Shown piece by piece: positions 39,569 to 49,200 of a stretch of 64,000 bases of DNA. Source of the DNA: a virus; IMG/VR virus record IMGVR_UViG_3300020473_002209, positions 32,001 through 96,000 of that record, one strand, 5' to 3'. Each line of letters opens with the position of its first letter. Within the stretch, counting starts at the first letter, position 1. The notes below the pieces were generated by a model. It had not been told where the DNA came from. It searched no databases and worked only from the letters and a program-made list of their open reading frames with translations. A program made the position numbers and the translations under genes.

Positions 39569-40171
39569 ATGCATTGGACATCTGAGATAGACCCGAAAAT
39601 AAAAGAAATAGAATTGAGAAAACAACCGATGATGATTCGAGTCAATAAGTTCGATGAAGAATCGGCGAAGAAATTTGCATTAGAAATGGGCCAAGCTCAC
39701 AATACTGGGCAGAAGATAATTCCAGTGATAATCGATTCTTACGGCGGTCAAGTATACAGCCTAATGAGCATGATCAGCGCGATTAAACATGCAGAGATTC
39801 CCGTGGCGACTATCGTAGAGGGCAAGGCAATGTCATGCGGTGCAGTCCTATTTTCATTTGGCGATGAAGGGTATCGGTTTATGGATCCCAACGCGACAGT
39901 AATGATTCATGACGTTAGCTCTATGGAGTGGGGTAAAGTTGAAGAGATGAAGGCCGGCGCCGCAGAAGCTGATAGGTTAAACACAATAATCTACACCATG
40001 ATGGCTCAAAACTGTGGTAAGAAAGATGATTACTTCATGAAGATCGTAGATAAAAAGAAGCATGCTGACTGGTTTCTAGACGCAAAAGAAACAAAGAAAC
40101 ACAATATGGCTAACCACCTTCGTGTCCCAAAGTTGTCTATAAAGGTAACTGTTGACATCGATTTCGAATAG
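39569..40171 (+). CDS. clpP: ClpP-like serine protease
   Basis: IDSYGG, AMSCG (Ser), VMIHD (His), DWFLDAKE. Confidence 0.82.
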   Translation: MHWTSEIDPKIKEIELRKQPMMIRVNKFDEESAKKFALEMGQAHNTGQKIIPVIIDSYGGQVYSLMSMISAIKHAEIPVATIVEGKAMSCGAVLFSFGDEGYRFMDPNATVMIHDVSSMEWGKVEEMKAGAAEADRLNTIIYTMMAQNCGKKDDYFMKIVDKKKHADWFLDAKETKKHNMANHLRVPKLSIKVTVDIDFE

Positions 40172-40179
40172 GTACGCCG

Positions 40180-41094
40180 ATGGCAATCGATAAAGTATTC
40201 TACAACAAAAGCTCTGCTGATTCTCTTGGGTGGACGCCTGAATGGTTCGGTGTAAAATATCATGATGAAAAACTTGTCAGTGCGATTCGTAAATGGCAAA
40301 GGGCACACGGCATAACTGCTGATGGTCTTTGTGGTCCCGCGACGTATCGACGCGTATGGACAGAGAGAGAAGCAGACATAAGCGATTACATCAACAAGTG
40401 CCCTAAAGATCGTGATGACAGCTTTATTATTTGTAATAGCCAGCCTGTTGAGATTAATTGGCCTCGTGTTGTTTTGTGGGATGATAAAGACGGGTTTAAG
40501 TCTGACCCGGGTACCTATTACGACTACTCTGGTAAAGAAGATCGCGATGTGAAAATGTTCGTCAATCACTGGGACGTATGTCTCAGCTCTGAGTCTTGTG
40601 CGAAAGTCCTGAATCGTCGTGGGATCTCGGTACATTTTTTGATTGATAATGATGGTACAATATACCAAATGTTAGATACTCAACATGGTGCATGGCACGC
40701 TGGGTCTGTAAACGCCTGCTCTGTTGGTGTTGAAATTGCCAATGCGTACTATACAAAATATCAGTCTTGGTATACTAAGAATGGTTTTGGGGAGCGTCCT
40801 GTGGTTGAGAATGCTGAATGTCATGGCAAGAAAATAGATCCGTTTCTTGGATTTTATCCAGTACAACTTGAAGCTTTGAAGGCGTTATGGCTAGCTGTCC
40901 ATGAGCGCTATGGCGTGCCGCTGGAGGCACCGGAATCTGGTGATGACGATTTCATGACGAGCAGAAAATATGAATCAGATGTTGATCGAAAAAGATTTAG
41001 CGGATTTGTTAGCCATTACCACCAAAGCAAGCGAAAAATCGATTGTGCGAATTTAGATATCGCAAGAATGCTCGAAGAGCTTAAGGAGAATTAA
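40180..41094 (+). CDS. Endolysin: peptidoglycan-binding domain + N-acetylmuramoyl-L-alanine amidase
   Basis: AIRKWQRAHGITADGLCGPAT (PG-binding); HW, SVHFLIDNDGTIYQ, AWHAG..N..SVGVE, H...KIDC. Confidence 0.85.
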   Translation: MAIDKVFYNKSSADSLGWTPEWFGVKYHDEKLVSAIRKWQRAHGITADGLCGPATYRRVWTEREADISDYINKCPKDRDDSFIICNSQPVEINWPRVVLWDDKDGFKSDPGTYYDYSGKEDRDVKMFVNHWDVCLSSESCAKVLNRRGISVHFLIDNDGTIYQMLDTQHGAWHAGSVNACSVGVEIANAYYTKYQSWYTKNGFGERPVVENAECHGKKIDPFLGFYPVQLEALKALWLAVHERYGVPLEAPESGDDDFMTSRKYESDVDRKRFSGFVSHYHQSKRKIDCANLDIARMLEELKEN

Positions 41095-42105
41095 ATGCTG
41101 GTTCATCTAGACTACATTTGGGTTGACGGCTTTGAAAACCCGTCAATCAGATCAAAAACTAAAACGGCAGTACTGCAGGTCGATGAAAACGGTGAAGTGC
41201 AGCTAGACGTTCCAGAATGGAATTTTGATGGTTCATCAACTGGTCAGGCTGACACAGGCGACTCTGAAAGAATTCTTAAGCCACAATCGATGTATCAGAT
41301 TGCAGATAATCATTATGTCGCGCTATGTGAAGTGTGTATGCCGGATGAAGACAGGACCCCCCACCCCTCAAACTATAGAGCAAAATTAAGGGAAGCAGTG
41401 AGAGAAACAGAGGGCGCAAAAGAAATGTGGGTTGGTTTCGAGCAAGAGTATTTTATCACCGCAGCTGGTAAGAATGTATTTTGGCCAGACTCTGGTGAGC
41501 CAGTTAAGGATTCTAGATACTATTGCTCTTCAGGTGGTAGCGTTAAGTTCAGAAAAATGGTCAGAGAACACGCTTCATTCTGTAATCAAGTGGGCATTAG
41601 GGTTGTGGGTTACAATGCAGAGGTTTCCCCAGGACAGTGGGAGTATCAGTGCTTTGCTGAAAATCCGCTCACCGCCGCAGACTCATTGTGGGTTAGCCGA
41701 TATATCTTGGAGCTAATGACTGAAGACCTTGAGCTTGGTATAGACTGGCACCCCAAGCCTCACCCCGGGTGGAACGGGTCGGGCTGTCACACTAATTTTT
41801 CTACAAAAAAGATGCGGGAAGAAGGTGGTAAAGAAGAATTCCAGCGTATTATTTCTAACATGGAAGCTCGCCATAACGAATCAATATCAGAGTACGGTGA
41901 AGATAATTCCTTACGCTTGACGGGTGGGTTTGAGACAGCTTCATTAAACCAATTTTCATACGGTGTTGCTTCACGTGACACTTCTGTAAGAATACCAAAC
42001 CGTGTTGTAGAGCAAGAATGGAAGGGCTATCTTGAGGATCGTCGTCCTTCGTCAGGGTGTGACCCTTACAGGGTCGCTTTACAACTTTGCAAGTTTGTAC
42101 AATAA
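41095..42105 (+). CDS. glnII: Glutamine synthetase type II
   Basis: PEWNFDGSSTGQA, GFEQEY, NAEVSPGQWEYQ, WNGSGCHTNFS, GYLEDRRPSS..DPY; 336 aa. Confidence 0.9.
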   Translation: MLVHLDYIWVDGFENPSIRSKTKTAVLQVDENGEVQLDVPEWNFDGSSTGQADTGDSERILKPQSMYQIADNHYVALCEVCMPDEDRTPHPSNYRAKLREAVRETEGAKEMWVGFEQEYFITAAGKNVFWPDSGEPVKDSRYYCSSGGSVKFRKMVREHASFCNQVGIRVVGYNAEVSPGQWEYQCFAENPLTAADSLWVSRYILELMTEDLELGIDWHPKPHPGWNGSGCHTNFSTKKMREEGGKEEFQRIISNMEARHNESISEYGEDNSLRLTGGFETASLNQFSYGVASRDTSVRIPNRVVEQEWKGYLEDRRPSSGCDPYRVALQLCKFVQ

Positions 42106-42111
42106 ATACAA

Positions 42112-42543
42112 ATGATGCAGCTTATTTCGACACATATATGTAAGGGACAGAACATTGGTGTCCACGGTAACCTCTTCGGTGGGGTTATGCTTTCTTGGCT
42201 AGATGAAGCAGCGGGAGCTTTTACAGCTCAAGTGTGCGGATCTCCGAGGCTTGTAACAAAGAGCATTTCACAGGTAGTGTTTCAAAGACCAGTTCGTCCA
42301 GGTCAGATAATAAAGATTTATGGTGACGTGCTAAGAATCGGGACGTGCTCTATCACTGTAAAATTAGAAGCTCGCCGGCATAGTGTCGTGAATGGCTCAC
42401 AAAAGCTTGTATGTGATGTTGAGATGACATTTGTGAGAATTGATGGTGATGGTGAACCGGTACCAATTCTTAACATAAAGAAAGAGTACCAAGGCAAAAG
42501 AGAGAAGAGCGAAGAAGAAATCAGAAAAGACATGGAGTACTGA
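42112..42543 (+). CDS. Hotdog-fold acyl-CoA thioesterase
   Basis: HGNLFGGVMLSWLDEAAG, VFQRPV, TFVRID..GEP. Confidence 0.85.
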   Translation: MMQLISTHICKGQNIGVHGNLFGGVMLSWLDEAAGAFTAQVCGSPRLVTKSISQVVFQRPVRPGQIIKIYGDVLRIGTCSITVKLEARRHSVVNGSQKLVCDVEMTFVRIDGDGEPVPILNIKKEYQGKREKSEEEIRKDMEY

Positions 42544-43251
42544 GTGAAAAGAATTGAGCTTTATAACGACGCCATCGGCGCCGTTGAGTATGTTGAACAC
42601 ATGGGGTCAGATTTGACAGTGATAAACAGCGCGAGGGTTTCATTCGGAAAAGTAAAGGAATCGCTAGATGAAAAAGATAAAAAGCTTATTCGCTACCTTA
42701 TCAAGCACAGGCATACGTCGACTCTTGAGCACAATGTTATTACTTTCCGGTTTACTGTACCTCTTTTTGTGCGCAGCCAGCATCACCGCCACAGAACTTG
42801 GTCTTATAATGAGATATCTAGAAGGTACACCGACGTAGACATTAGGTTTTATGAGCCGAAGAGTTTCAGGACCCAGCATAAGTCAAATCGACAAGCTTCG
42901 AACACCAACGAAATGATAGACCCTGTACTGATTCCAGATCTATCAGATCCTGATGTTGGGTTAACAGCAGCGCATTGTATAGAACAACACCATAAGCTGT
43001 CTTTGCGCCTCTATAACGACCTCATGAAGAACGGCGTTTGTCGAGAGCAGGCTCGTGGGGTATTACCTCAAAACCTCTATTCAGAGTACTATGGAACAGT
43101 CAACTTAAACAATCTACTTAAGTTTGTTGAGCTACGTGTCCATGAGGGCGCTCAGTGGGAAATACAGCAGGTGGCGAGAGCGTGCCTGGAAATTGCGAAA
43201 GAAATTTGGCCCGAAACTATTTCTGCATATCGAGAACTTCGCGATATTTGA
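42544..43251 (+). CDS. thyX: Flavin-dependent thymidylate synthase
   Basis: SARVS, HTSTLEH, RHRTWSYNEISRRY, EQARGVLP, AQWEI. Confidence 0.93.
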   Translation: MKRIELYNDAIGAVEYVEHMGSDLTVINSARVSFGKVKESLDEKDKKLIRYLIKHRHTSTLEHNVITFRFTVPLFVRSQHHRHRTWSYNEISRRYTDVDIRFYEPKSFRTQHKSNRQASNTNEMIDPVLIPDLSDPDVGLTAAHCIEQHHKLSLRLYNDLMKNGVCREQARGVLPQNLYSEYYGTVNLNNLLKFVELRVHEGAQWEIQQVARACLEIAKEIWPETISAYRELRDI

Positions 43252-43300
43252 ATATACTTAAGCTTTGTGGTTTAGTGTTTAATTACGTTTTGAGGTCCGT

Positions 43301-43549
43301 ATGGCAGATTGTGATACCAAAGAGTCTATCACGAAATTACGAAAGCTAAGAGAAGCTCTTTGCGAGAAGCAAACTGAGTGGAAAAGAGCGTTCGCTGTTA
43401 AAGACACGATCGTGAGTGAGCTTAAATCTTTAAAGGAATCTGCTCTCGATCCAGATGTTGGCAGAGATGATATTTTGCAAAAGATTGACTCTCTTCTCAT
43501 TTTGATAGATCCAGACCGCCAAAAAGAGCTGGAGGATCAAAGTGGCTGA
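43301..43549 (+). CDS. Hypothetical protein
   Basis: GAGG RBS; ATACTTA at 43254-43260. Confidence 0.55.
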   Translation: MADCDTKESITKLRKLREALCEKQTEWKRAFAVKDTIVSELKSLKESALDPDVGRDDILQKIDSLLILIDPDRQKELEDQSG

Positions 43550-43862
43550 TGAAAACGGGTGGAGTGAGTACTCAAGGCTTGTACTCAAAGAATTAGAGAC
43601 ACTTGCTTCTAGCATTCAATCTTTGAATGCAGAGATTCAAGATCTTAAGCAAGAAATCGCTAGAATGAGAGAGCGTGAAGACCGCGTTGACGAGCTTCGA
43701 GCGTGGAAAGAAAAAGTTGACGAAGTCGCTTCCCCATCTCAGATGCAGGCGATGGTAAAAGATGTCGAAGACCTTAAGATGTTTAAGACAAAGGCAATCA
43801 CAATATTTGCTGTTGTCCAGTTCGGCATGGCGTTCTTTGCTTGGGCAATGAAGTTCATGTAA
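43542..43862 (+). CDS. Coiled-coil protein with C-terminal transmembrane helix
   Basis: GGAGG RBS, heptad repeats, hydrophobic C-terminus AITIFAVVQFGMAFFAWAM. Confidence 0.6.
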   Translation: MADENGWSEYSRLVLKELETLASSIQSLNAEIQDLKQEIARMREREDRVDELRAWKEKVDEVASPSQMQAMVKDVEDLKMFKTKAITIFAVVQFGMAFFAWAMKFM

Positions 43863-43890
43863 AAAGCACTGGAGACTGTTATCATATAAC

Positions 43891-44319
43891 ATGATGACAT
43901 GGATCCCACCCGAGTCCCCATACGACCTGCTGCAAGAGCGCTTCTGGCCAGATGAGTGGAAGCTTCTAATGGTTTGCCTTATGTTAAATCAGACATCAAG
44001 AAAGCAGGTTGAGCCAATGATATCCGATTTCTTTGCTACATTTCCAACGCCTGAGTCTGTTGTTGATGCGGATGAAGAAATTCTTCGATCGTTCCTACAG
44101 CCTCTTGGACTAGTAAACCGTCGTATAAAAACTGTAAAGAAGTTTAGCGAAGAATTTGTCACAAAAGACTGGCAAACTGCAAAAGAGTTATACGGTTGTG
44201 GAAAATACGCTGATGATGCTTACCGTATTTTTATGCGCGGTGAGTGGGAGTCTGTTGAACCAACCGACCATGCGTTAAATGATTATCATAATTTTCTTGT
44301 ACAGATTCATAATCGATGA
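43891..44319 (+). CDS. MBD4-like HhH-GPD DNA glycosylase (T/U/hmU:G mismatch)
   Basis: WIPPESPYDLLQE, WKLL...LNQT, LQPLGL, ELYGCGKYADDAYRIF and PTDHALNDYH parallel the MBD4 catalytic domain (recalled). Confidence 0.85.
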   Translation: MMTWIPPESPYDLLQERFWPDEWKLLMVCLMLNQTSRKQVEPMISDFFATFPTPESVVDADEEILRSFLQPLGLVNRRIKTVKKFSEEFVTKDWQTAKELYGCGKYADDAYRIFMRGEWESVEPTDHALNDYHNFLVQIHNR

Positions 44320-44326
44320 ATATAAT
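44297..44326 (+). promoter_or_regulatory. Sigma70-like promoter
   Basis: TTGTAC-18 nt-TATAAT. Confidence 0.55.
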
Positions 44327-44352
44327 ATGCTTTAGTTAAAGGGAGATAACAC

Positions 44353-44652
44353 ATGAGCTCTAACCAACCAACATACACAATGGATGACACAACAATCGGA
44401 CATGTCGCCCAATTACTTCAGCTTGCAATTTTGACTGGTACTGATATTATCGATCATTTTCGGACTGCAAGGTTCACTACAAGTGATGAAGGCACGCTTA
44501 CACTCCATCCAGACTATGCAGAAAATTTTGACGATAACGTACAGAAGATGCTAAGAGATGCTGCTGCTGAGGCGAAGCCCGAACCAGACACTAGAGAGTG
44601 GGGAACCACAGAAGTTTCTTTTTCTCTTAATCAGGATGGCCTCAAAGAATAA
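44353..44652 (+). CDS. Hypothetical protein
   Basis: GGGAG RBS; translationally coupled to the next gene. Confidence 0.6.
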   Translation: MSSNQPTYTMDDTTIGHVAQLLQLAILTGTDIIDHFRTARFTTSDEGTLTLHPDYAENFDDNVQKMLRDAAAEAKPEPDTREWGTTEVSFSLNQDGLKE

Positions 44653-45026
44653 TGGACGACAAGCTTCAAAGAATATTCGCTTTACGTGAAGAATTTATGC
44701 AGAAGATAAACTCTACAGTCCCCGATGCATATCCATCGTGGCCTGTAGATTTGAGCAAGAAAAAGAACCAGAAAGCAATTCGTGAATTTGCGTTTCGTGG
44801 AATGGAAGAGTTGTTCGAAGCGCTTCTGCACTTGAAGAATTGGAAAGACCACAGAGAAGAAACATACGGCGTTCCAGAGTTTGATCGGGAAGAATTTTTA
44901 GAAGAAATGATTGATGCGTTCAATTATTTTCTTGCGATAATTGTGCTTTCTGGTGTAGACTATAAAGAGTTTTTCAACGCTTATGTAAGGAAACACGATA
45001 TTATAACGGAGCGCTTAGATGCATAG
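44652..45026 (+). CDS. All-alpha NTP pyrophosphatase (dimeric dUTPase/dCTPase, MazG-like)
   Basis: EELFEA...KNWK...EEMIDAFNY...YVRKH metal-binding E/D pattern. Confidence 0.78.
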   Translation: MDDKLQRIFALREEFMQKINSTVPDAYPSWPVDLSKKKNQKAIREFAFRGMEELFEALLHLKNWKDHREETYGVPEFDREEFLEEMIDAFNYFLAIIVLSGVDYKEFFNAYVRKHDIITERLDA

Positions 45027-45037
45027 TTATATGTACT

Positions 45038-45739
45038 ATGCAACATCCTTCAAGAATCACAAGAAAAAAGATAAGGCTTCTTCAGTCTGAGCTTCAGATG
45101 GTACAACAGTACCATTCTCAGATAGCAGACTTGCTTGAAGATTATAGGGAAGAATACTCTCGTGATTTAGAGTACTTTGTTAAAAAGGCGAAAGATGTTA
45201 TTGGTGAATTAGAGACACCACTGAACGAAAATCCAGACGAAAAACAATTTAAGATTACAAAAGACGATGCAGAGTTTAGAGAACAGAATGAAGAATGGTT
45301 TAATAAAGAGCCAGACTCTGCGAAGAAATCAGAAGCTCCTGAATGGGCCCGAAAGCTATTCAAGAAGATTGCTCTTATGACACATCCTGATAGAGTGAAT
45401 GATGACCACCTGCGCAGCGTGCTACAAAAAAGCTTTATGCAGGCTTCAAAGGCACTAGAGACTGGTAAGTTCGATGATCTCGTTGGAGTTGCCATCGATC
45501 TAAAAATTGATGTAGGTCTTGACGATGCATCCCTGATCCCTCTATTAGAATCGAAGATTGAATCCTGTCGTGAAAGTATAAAACAAATCGAAACATCTCA
45601 AGAATGGATATGGGGTGAGTCTTTCGGTTTACCAGATGCTCGCCAAGCACTGCTACGTGGCATTCTTTCATCCCATGGATACACTCTTACACCAGAGCAG
45701 CTTATAGCGCTGATGTCTGATTATGGTGACGAAATATGA
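45038..45739 (+). CDS. Protein with J-domain-like HPD motif
   Basis: ARKLFKKIALMTHPDRV...FMQASKA matches J-domain helix II-HPD-helix III. Confidence 0.65.
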   Translation: MQHPSRITRKKIRLLQSELQMVQQYHSQIADLLEDYREEYSRDLEYFVKKAKDVIGELETPLNENPDEKQFKITKDDAEFREQNEEWFNKEPDSAKKSEAPEWARKLFKKIALMTHPDRVNDDHLRSVLQKSFMQASKALETGKFDDLVGVAIDLKIDVGLDDASLIPLLESKIESCRESIKQIETSQEWIWGESFGLPDARQALLRGILSSHGYTLTPEQLIALMSDYGDEI

Positions 45740-45924
45740 AGCCTGGCGATATCGCTGTCTTGATGGACGAACACGTGGGAGTTGATGATGAGTTTTATAG
45801 CTACGTCCTGCATCCGGGAGACTCTGGTCTGGTTGTAGAGATAGAAGACGAAACAACAAGTCTTCTAATTTCAAATCAACTCGTATATGTTATGACTCGA
45901 TCACTAGAGAAGTTAGAGGCTTAA
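45736..45924 (+). CDS. Small hypothetical protein (SH3/KOW-like)
   Basis: MKPGDIAV...GLVVEI...LEKL pattern; overlaps both neighbours. Confidence 0.5.
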   Translation: MKPGDIAVLMDEHVGVDDEFYSYVLHPGDSGLVVEIEDETTSLLISNQLVYVMTRSLEKLEA

Positions 45925-46151
45925 TGTCGCCAGAGGTTCAAAAGATCATATTGCAAGCCGCTAGAATGGCAGGTGACGAATTGAAGGGAAAGTTACCACC
46001 ACACCCAAGGCATCCAAAAGGTCGAAATTCTTATGCTCATATTTTTGAGAGGATCAAAAGCAAGATGGGCCGCAGCTATAAAGACTGTGAAGATTGGGAA
46101 GCTCCAAGAATTCTTGACCTTATAGAATATTATTCAAAAAACCCTTGCTAA
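45924..46151 (+). CDS. Hypothetical protein
   Basis: GAGG RBS; LPPHPRHPKGRNSYAH. Confidence 0.6.
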   Translation: MSPEVQKIILQAARMAGDELKGKLPPHPRHPKGRNSYAHIFERIKSKMGRSYKDCEDWEAPRILDLIEYYSKNPC

Positions 46152-46155
46152 ATCG

Positions 46156-46184
46156 TTGAAAACAGCGGCTTTTTGTGGTATAAT
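46156..46184 (+). promoter_or_regulatory. Sigma70-like promoter with extended -10 for dnaE and the modification operon
   Basis: TTGAAA-17 nt-TATAAT, with TGn immediately before the -10. Confidence 0.78.
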
Positions 46185-46208
46185 AGTATAATCAAACAGG
46201 AGCTCTTT

Positions 46209-49200
46209 ATGAGAAATTCGTCCCTTACTCCCCCTAGTAAGTTTATTTCCCTTCATTCACATGACGGGTTTAGTACGTTCGACGGCTTAGGTTATCCACA
46301 AGAACACATTGACTTTGTTATTGAAAATGGTATGGATGGCTGGTGCCTTACGAACCATGGTCACATGAATTCTTTTGGGCATGCATTTCTACATGCAGAA
46401 AAAGTCCAAAAGCGTGGCGGGGTTTTTAAGTTTGTACCTGGCTGCGAAATGTACGTTCACCCTGATCTCGAGGCGTGGAAGCTTGATATGGAAATTCGCC
46501 AAGCTGCAAAGAAGGGGGATAAAGATGCGCTTCATGTCTTGCGTGCTCAACGAGAAGCAATTGCCACACCCCTCACAGCAGTGGTCGATGGTGATGATGA
46601 GGTTGTTGATATTGGTAAGGAGGAAGCTGGTCTCACAATCGAGAATGAAGAAGAGACGAAGTCTTCTAAATTTTATGACCCAATTAAGCGTAGACATCAT
46701 CTGGTGGTGCTGCCTAAAACAAGCGTAGGCCTCCAACGCCTTTTTCATCTTGTGAGTAGAGGGTACAGGGAGGGATTCTATAGGTTCCCTCGTGTCGATT
46801 ATAAGATGTTAAGAGAGGCTGCTGAGGGTGGTCACCTTATGGTCTCCACAGCATGTATCGGTGGTCCGATTGCGTATGAAGTATTTCGCCATGCTCAAAA
46901 TGTGGAATTCGATGACTTGAGCTACAAGCTTATGGACGATCGATCATTTTATGAGAATGTCATGACAGGTGTTGGTAATGCGTACCAGGGTCTTGTCGAT
47001 GCAGTGGGAATTAATGATGTCTGCTTGGAGCTGCAATTCAATAAGCTTCCTGCACAGCACCTTGTTAATCGAGCGATTATCGAATTTGCGAATGCAAACG
47101 GTCTACAGGATAAGCTGGTTGTAACTACCGATTCTCACTATGCTCGTCCTGAACACTGGCGTGAGCGTGAGCTTTATAAAAAGCTGGGGTGGCTCAACTA
47201 TCGTGAGTTTGATCCCTCGAAGCTTCCTCAGTCGAAAGAAGACCTGAAGTGTGAGCTATACCCTAAAAATGCTCAACAGGTTTGGGATACATATCTTGAA
47301 AGTACAGAAGGCATGCCGTTTTACGATGACCAGATTGTAAAAGATGCCATTGAGCGACCACACCAAGTTGTTCATGAAGAGATGGAGACTATCACTCCGG
47401 ATCGTACTATGAAGCTTCCATCTTACGTCGTTCCCGAAGGAATGTCTGATGATAAGGCGCTACTTGAAGCATGTAAGAAGGGTCTTGTAGAGCGAGGTCT
47501 TGCAGGGGACCCTAAGTACATCGAGCGAATAAAGCACGAACTACAGATTATTAAGGATAAGAATTTCTCTCGATACTTCTTAACAATGGAAGCGATCATT
47601 GGGATTGCTAAGCAGGCGATGCTTGTCGGTCCGGGTCGTGGTTCTGCAGCTGGCAGTCTTGTTGCTTATGTTCTTAAATTGACAGATGTTGATCCATTCG
47701 AATATGATCTTATGTTCGGTCGTTTTTTGAATCCATCTCGTGAAGGTGCCCCAGATATCGATACCGACGTAGGAGATCGAGACCTGCTTATCAACATGAT
47801 GAAGGAGAAGTGGGGCGATGAGAACATCGTACCGATTTCTAACTACAACACATTCAAGTTGAAGTCTTTGGTAAAAGACATTTCTAGATTTTATGGCATT
47901 CCATTCAACGAAGTAAATAAAGCGCTAGCACCCGTTGAGGAAGACGTGAAGCGTGCGGTGTTTAAGCAAGGTACAGATAAGAACCTTTTCGTCTTGCTTT
48001 ACGAAGATGCGCTTGCTCATTCAAAGACGTTTAGAGCATTTATCGAAAAGTACCCAGAAGTCGCCGCACCAATTCAGGTCTTGTTTAAGCAGAACAAAGC
48101 TCTTGGTCGCCATGCTGGGGGTTGTATTGTCGCAGAGGATATAGCTGAAAGAATGCCACTCATCAAGGCTCGTGGTGAGCTCCAGACCCCCTGGGCTGAA
48201 GGCATGAACTATAAGCATCTTGAGACATTCGGCTGGATTAAGTTCGATCTTCTTGGCCTTGAAACGCTTCGAATTATCCAGCGGACCATCGAGCTCATCC
48301 TACAGCGAAAGGAGGGTATCGAAGACCCAACGTTTGCTCAGGTGTATGAATGGTTTAACGCCAACATGGATCCGAAAGTTCTTGACATGGACGACCAGCA
48401 TGTATACGATCACGTTTATGGAAAGGGCCGCTGGGCTGGCATCTTTCAGCTGGCAGGCCGCGGCGCTCAGAACTTGTTCAAAAAGGCGAAGCCTAAGAGC
48501 ATCATTGATATTGCTACCCTAACTTCTATCTACCGACCTGGCCCTCTCACTGCGAAGGTCGATAGGTTGTATATCAAGGCGAAGAACAATCCTGATGATA
48601 TTGATTATGGCCACCCGCTAATCAAGGAGGTTCTTGAAGAAACGTACGGCCTGATTGTCTTCCAGGAGCAGATCATGAAGTTGTGTTCCGTGGTTGCTGG
48701 CTTCCCCGAGGAGGAAACAGACACTGTGCGCCGAAGCATTATGAAGCGCAAAGCTTCTGAGGCTGCTGAGTCCCTTGCTAAGGCTCGATCTATTAAGGAA
48801 CAGTTTGTCGCAGGCTCAGTTAAGAACGGTGTCGACCGCCAGCTGGCTGATGATCTTTACGAAAAGATTCTTTTCTTTGCTGGATACGGCTTCAATAAGT
48901 CTCACGCTGTTTGTTACGCCATTGACTCGTATTACTGCGCATGGCTATTAACATATTTTGAGGAAGAGTGGTTGTGCGCTTATCTTGAAGCAATGTCAGG
49001 TAATGACAAGAAGCGTGCCAAAGCGTTCGCAGAAGTCAAGGCGCTGGGCTATCGCGTTGCCCCGCTAGACATCAACTACGCAACTAAGAAGTGGACAATT
49101 CTTGAGGGTAAGAAATTCATGCCCTCACTGCTGTCATGTAAGGGTATTGGTGAGTCTGCGATTGATGAGCTTGTTGCTAATCGGCCGTACCAAACTGTGG

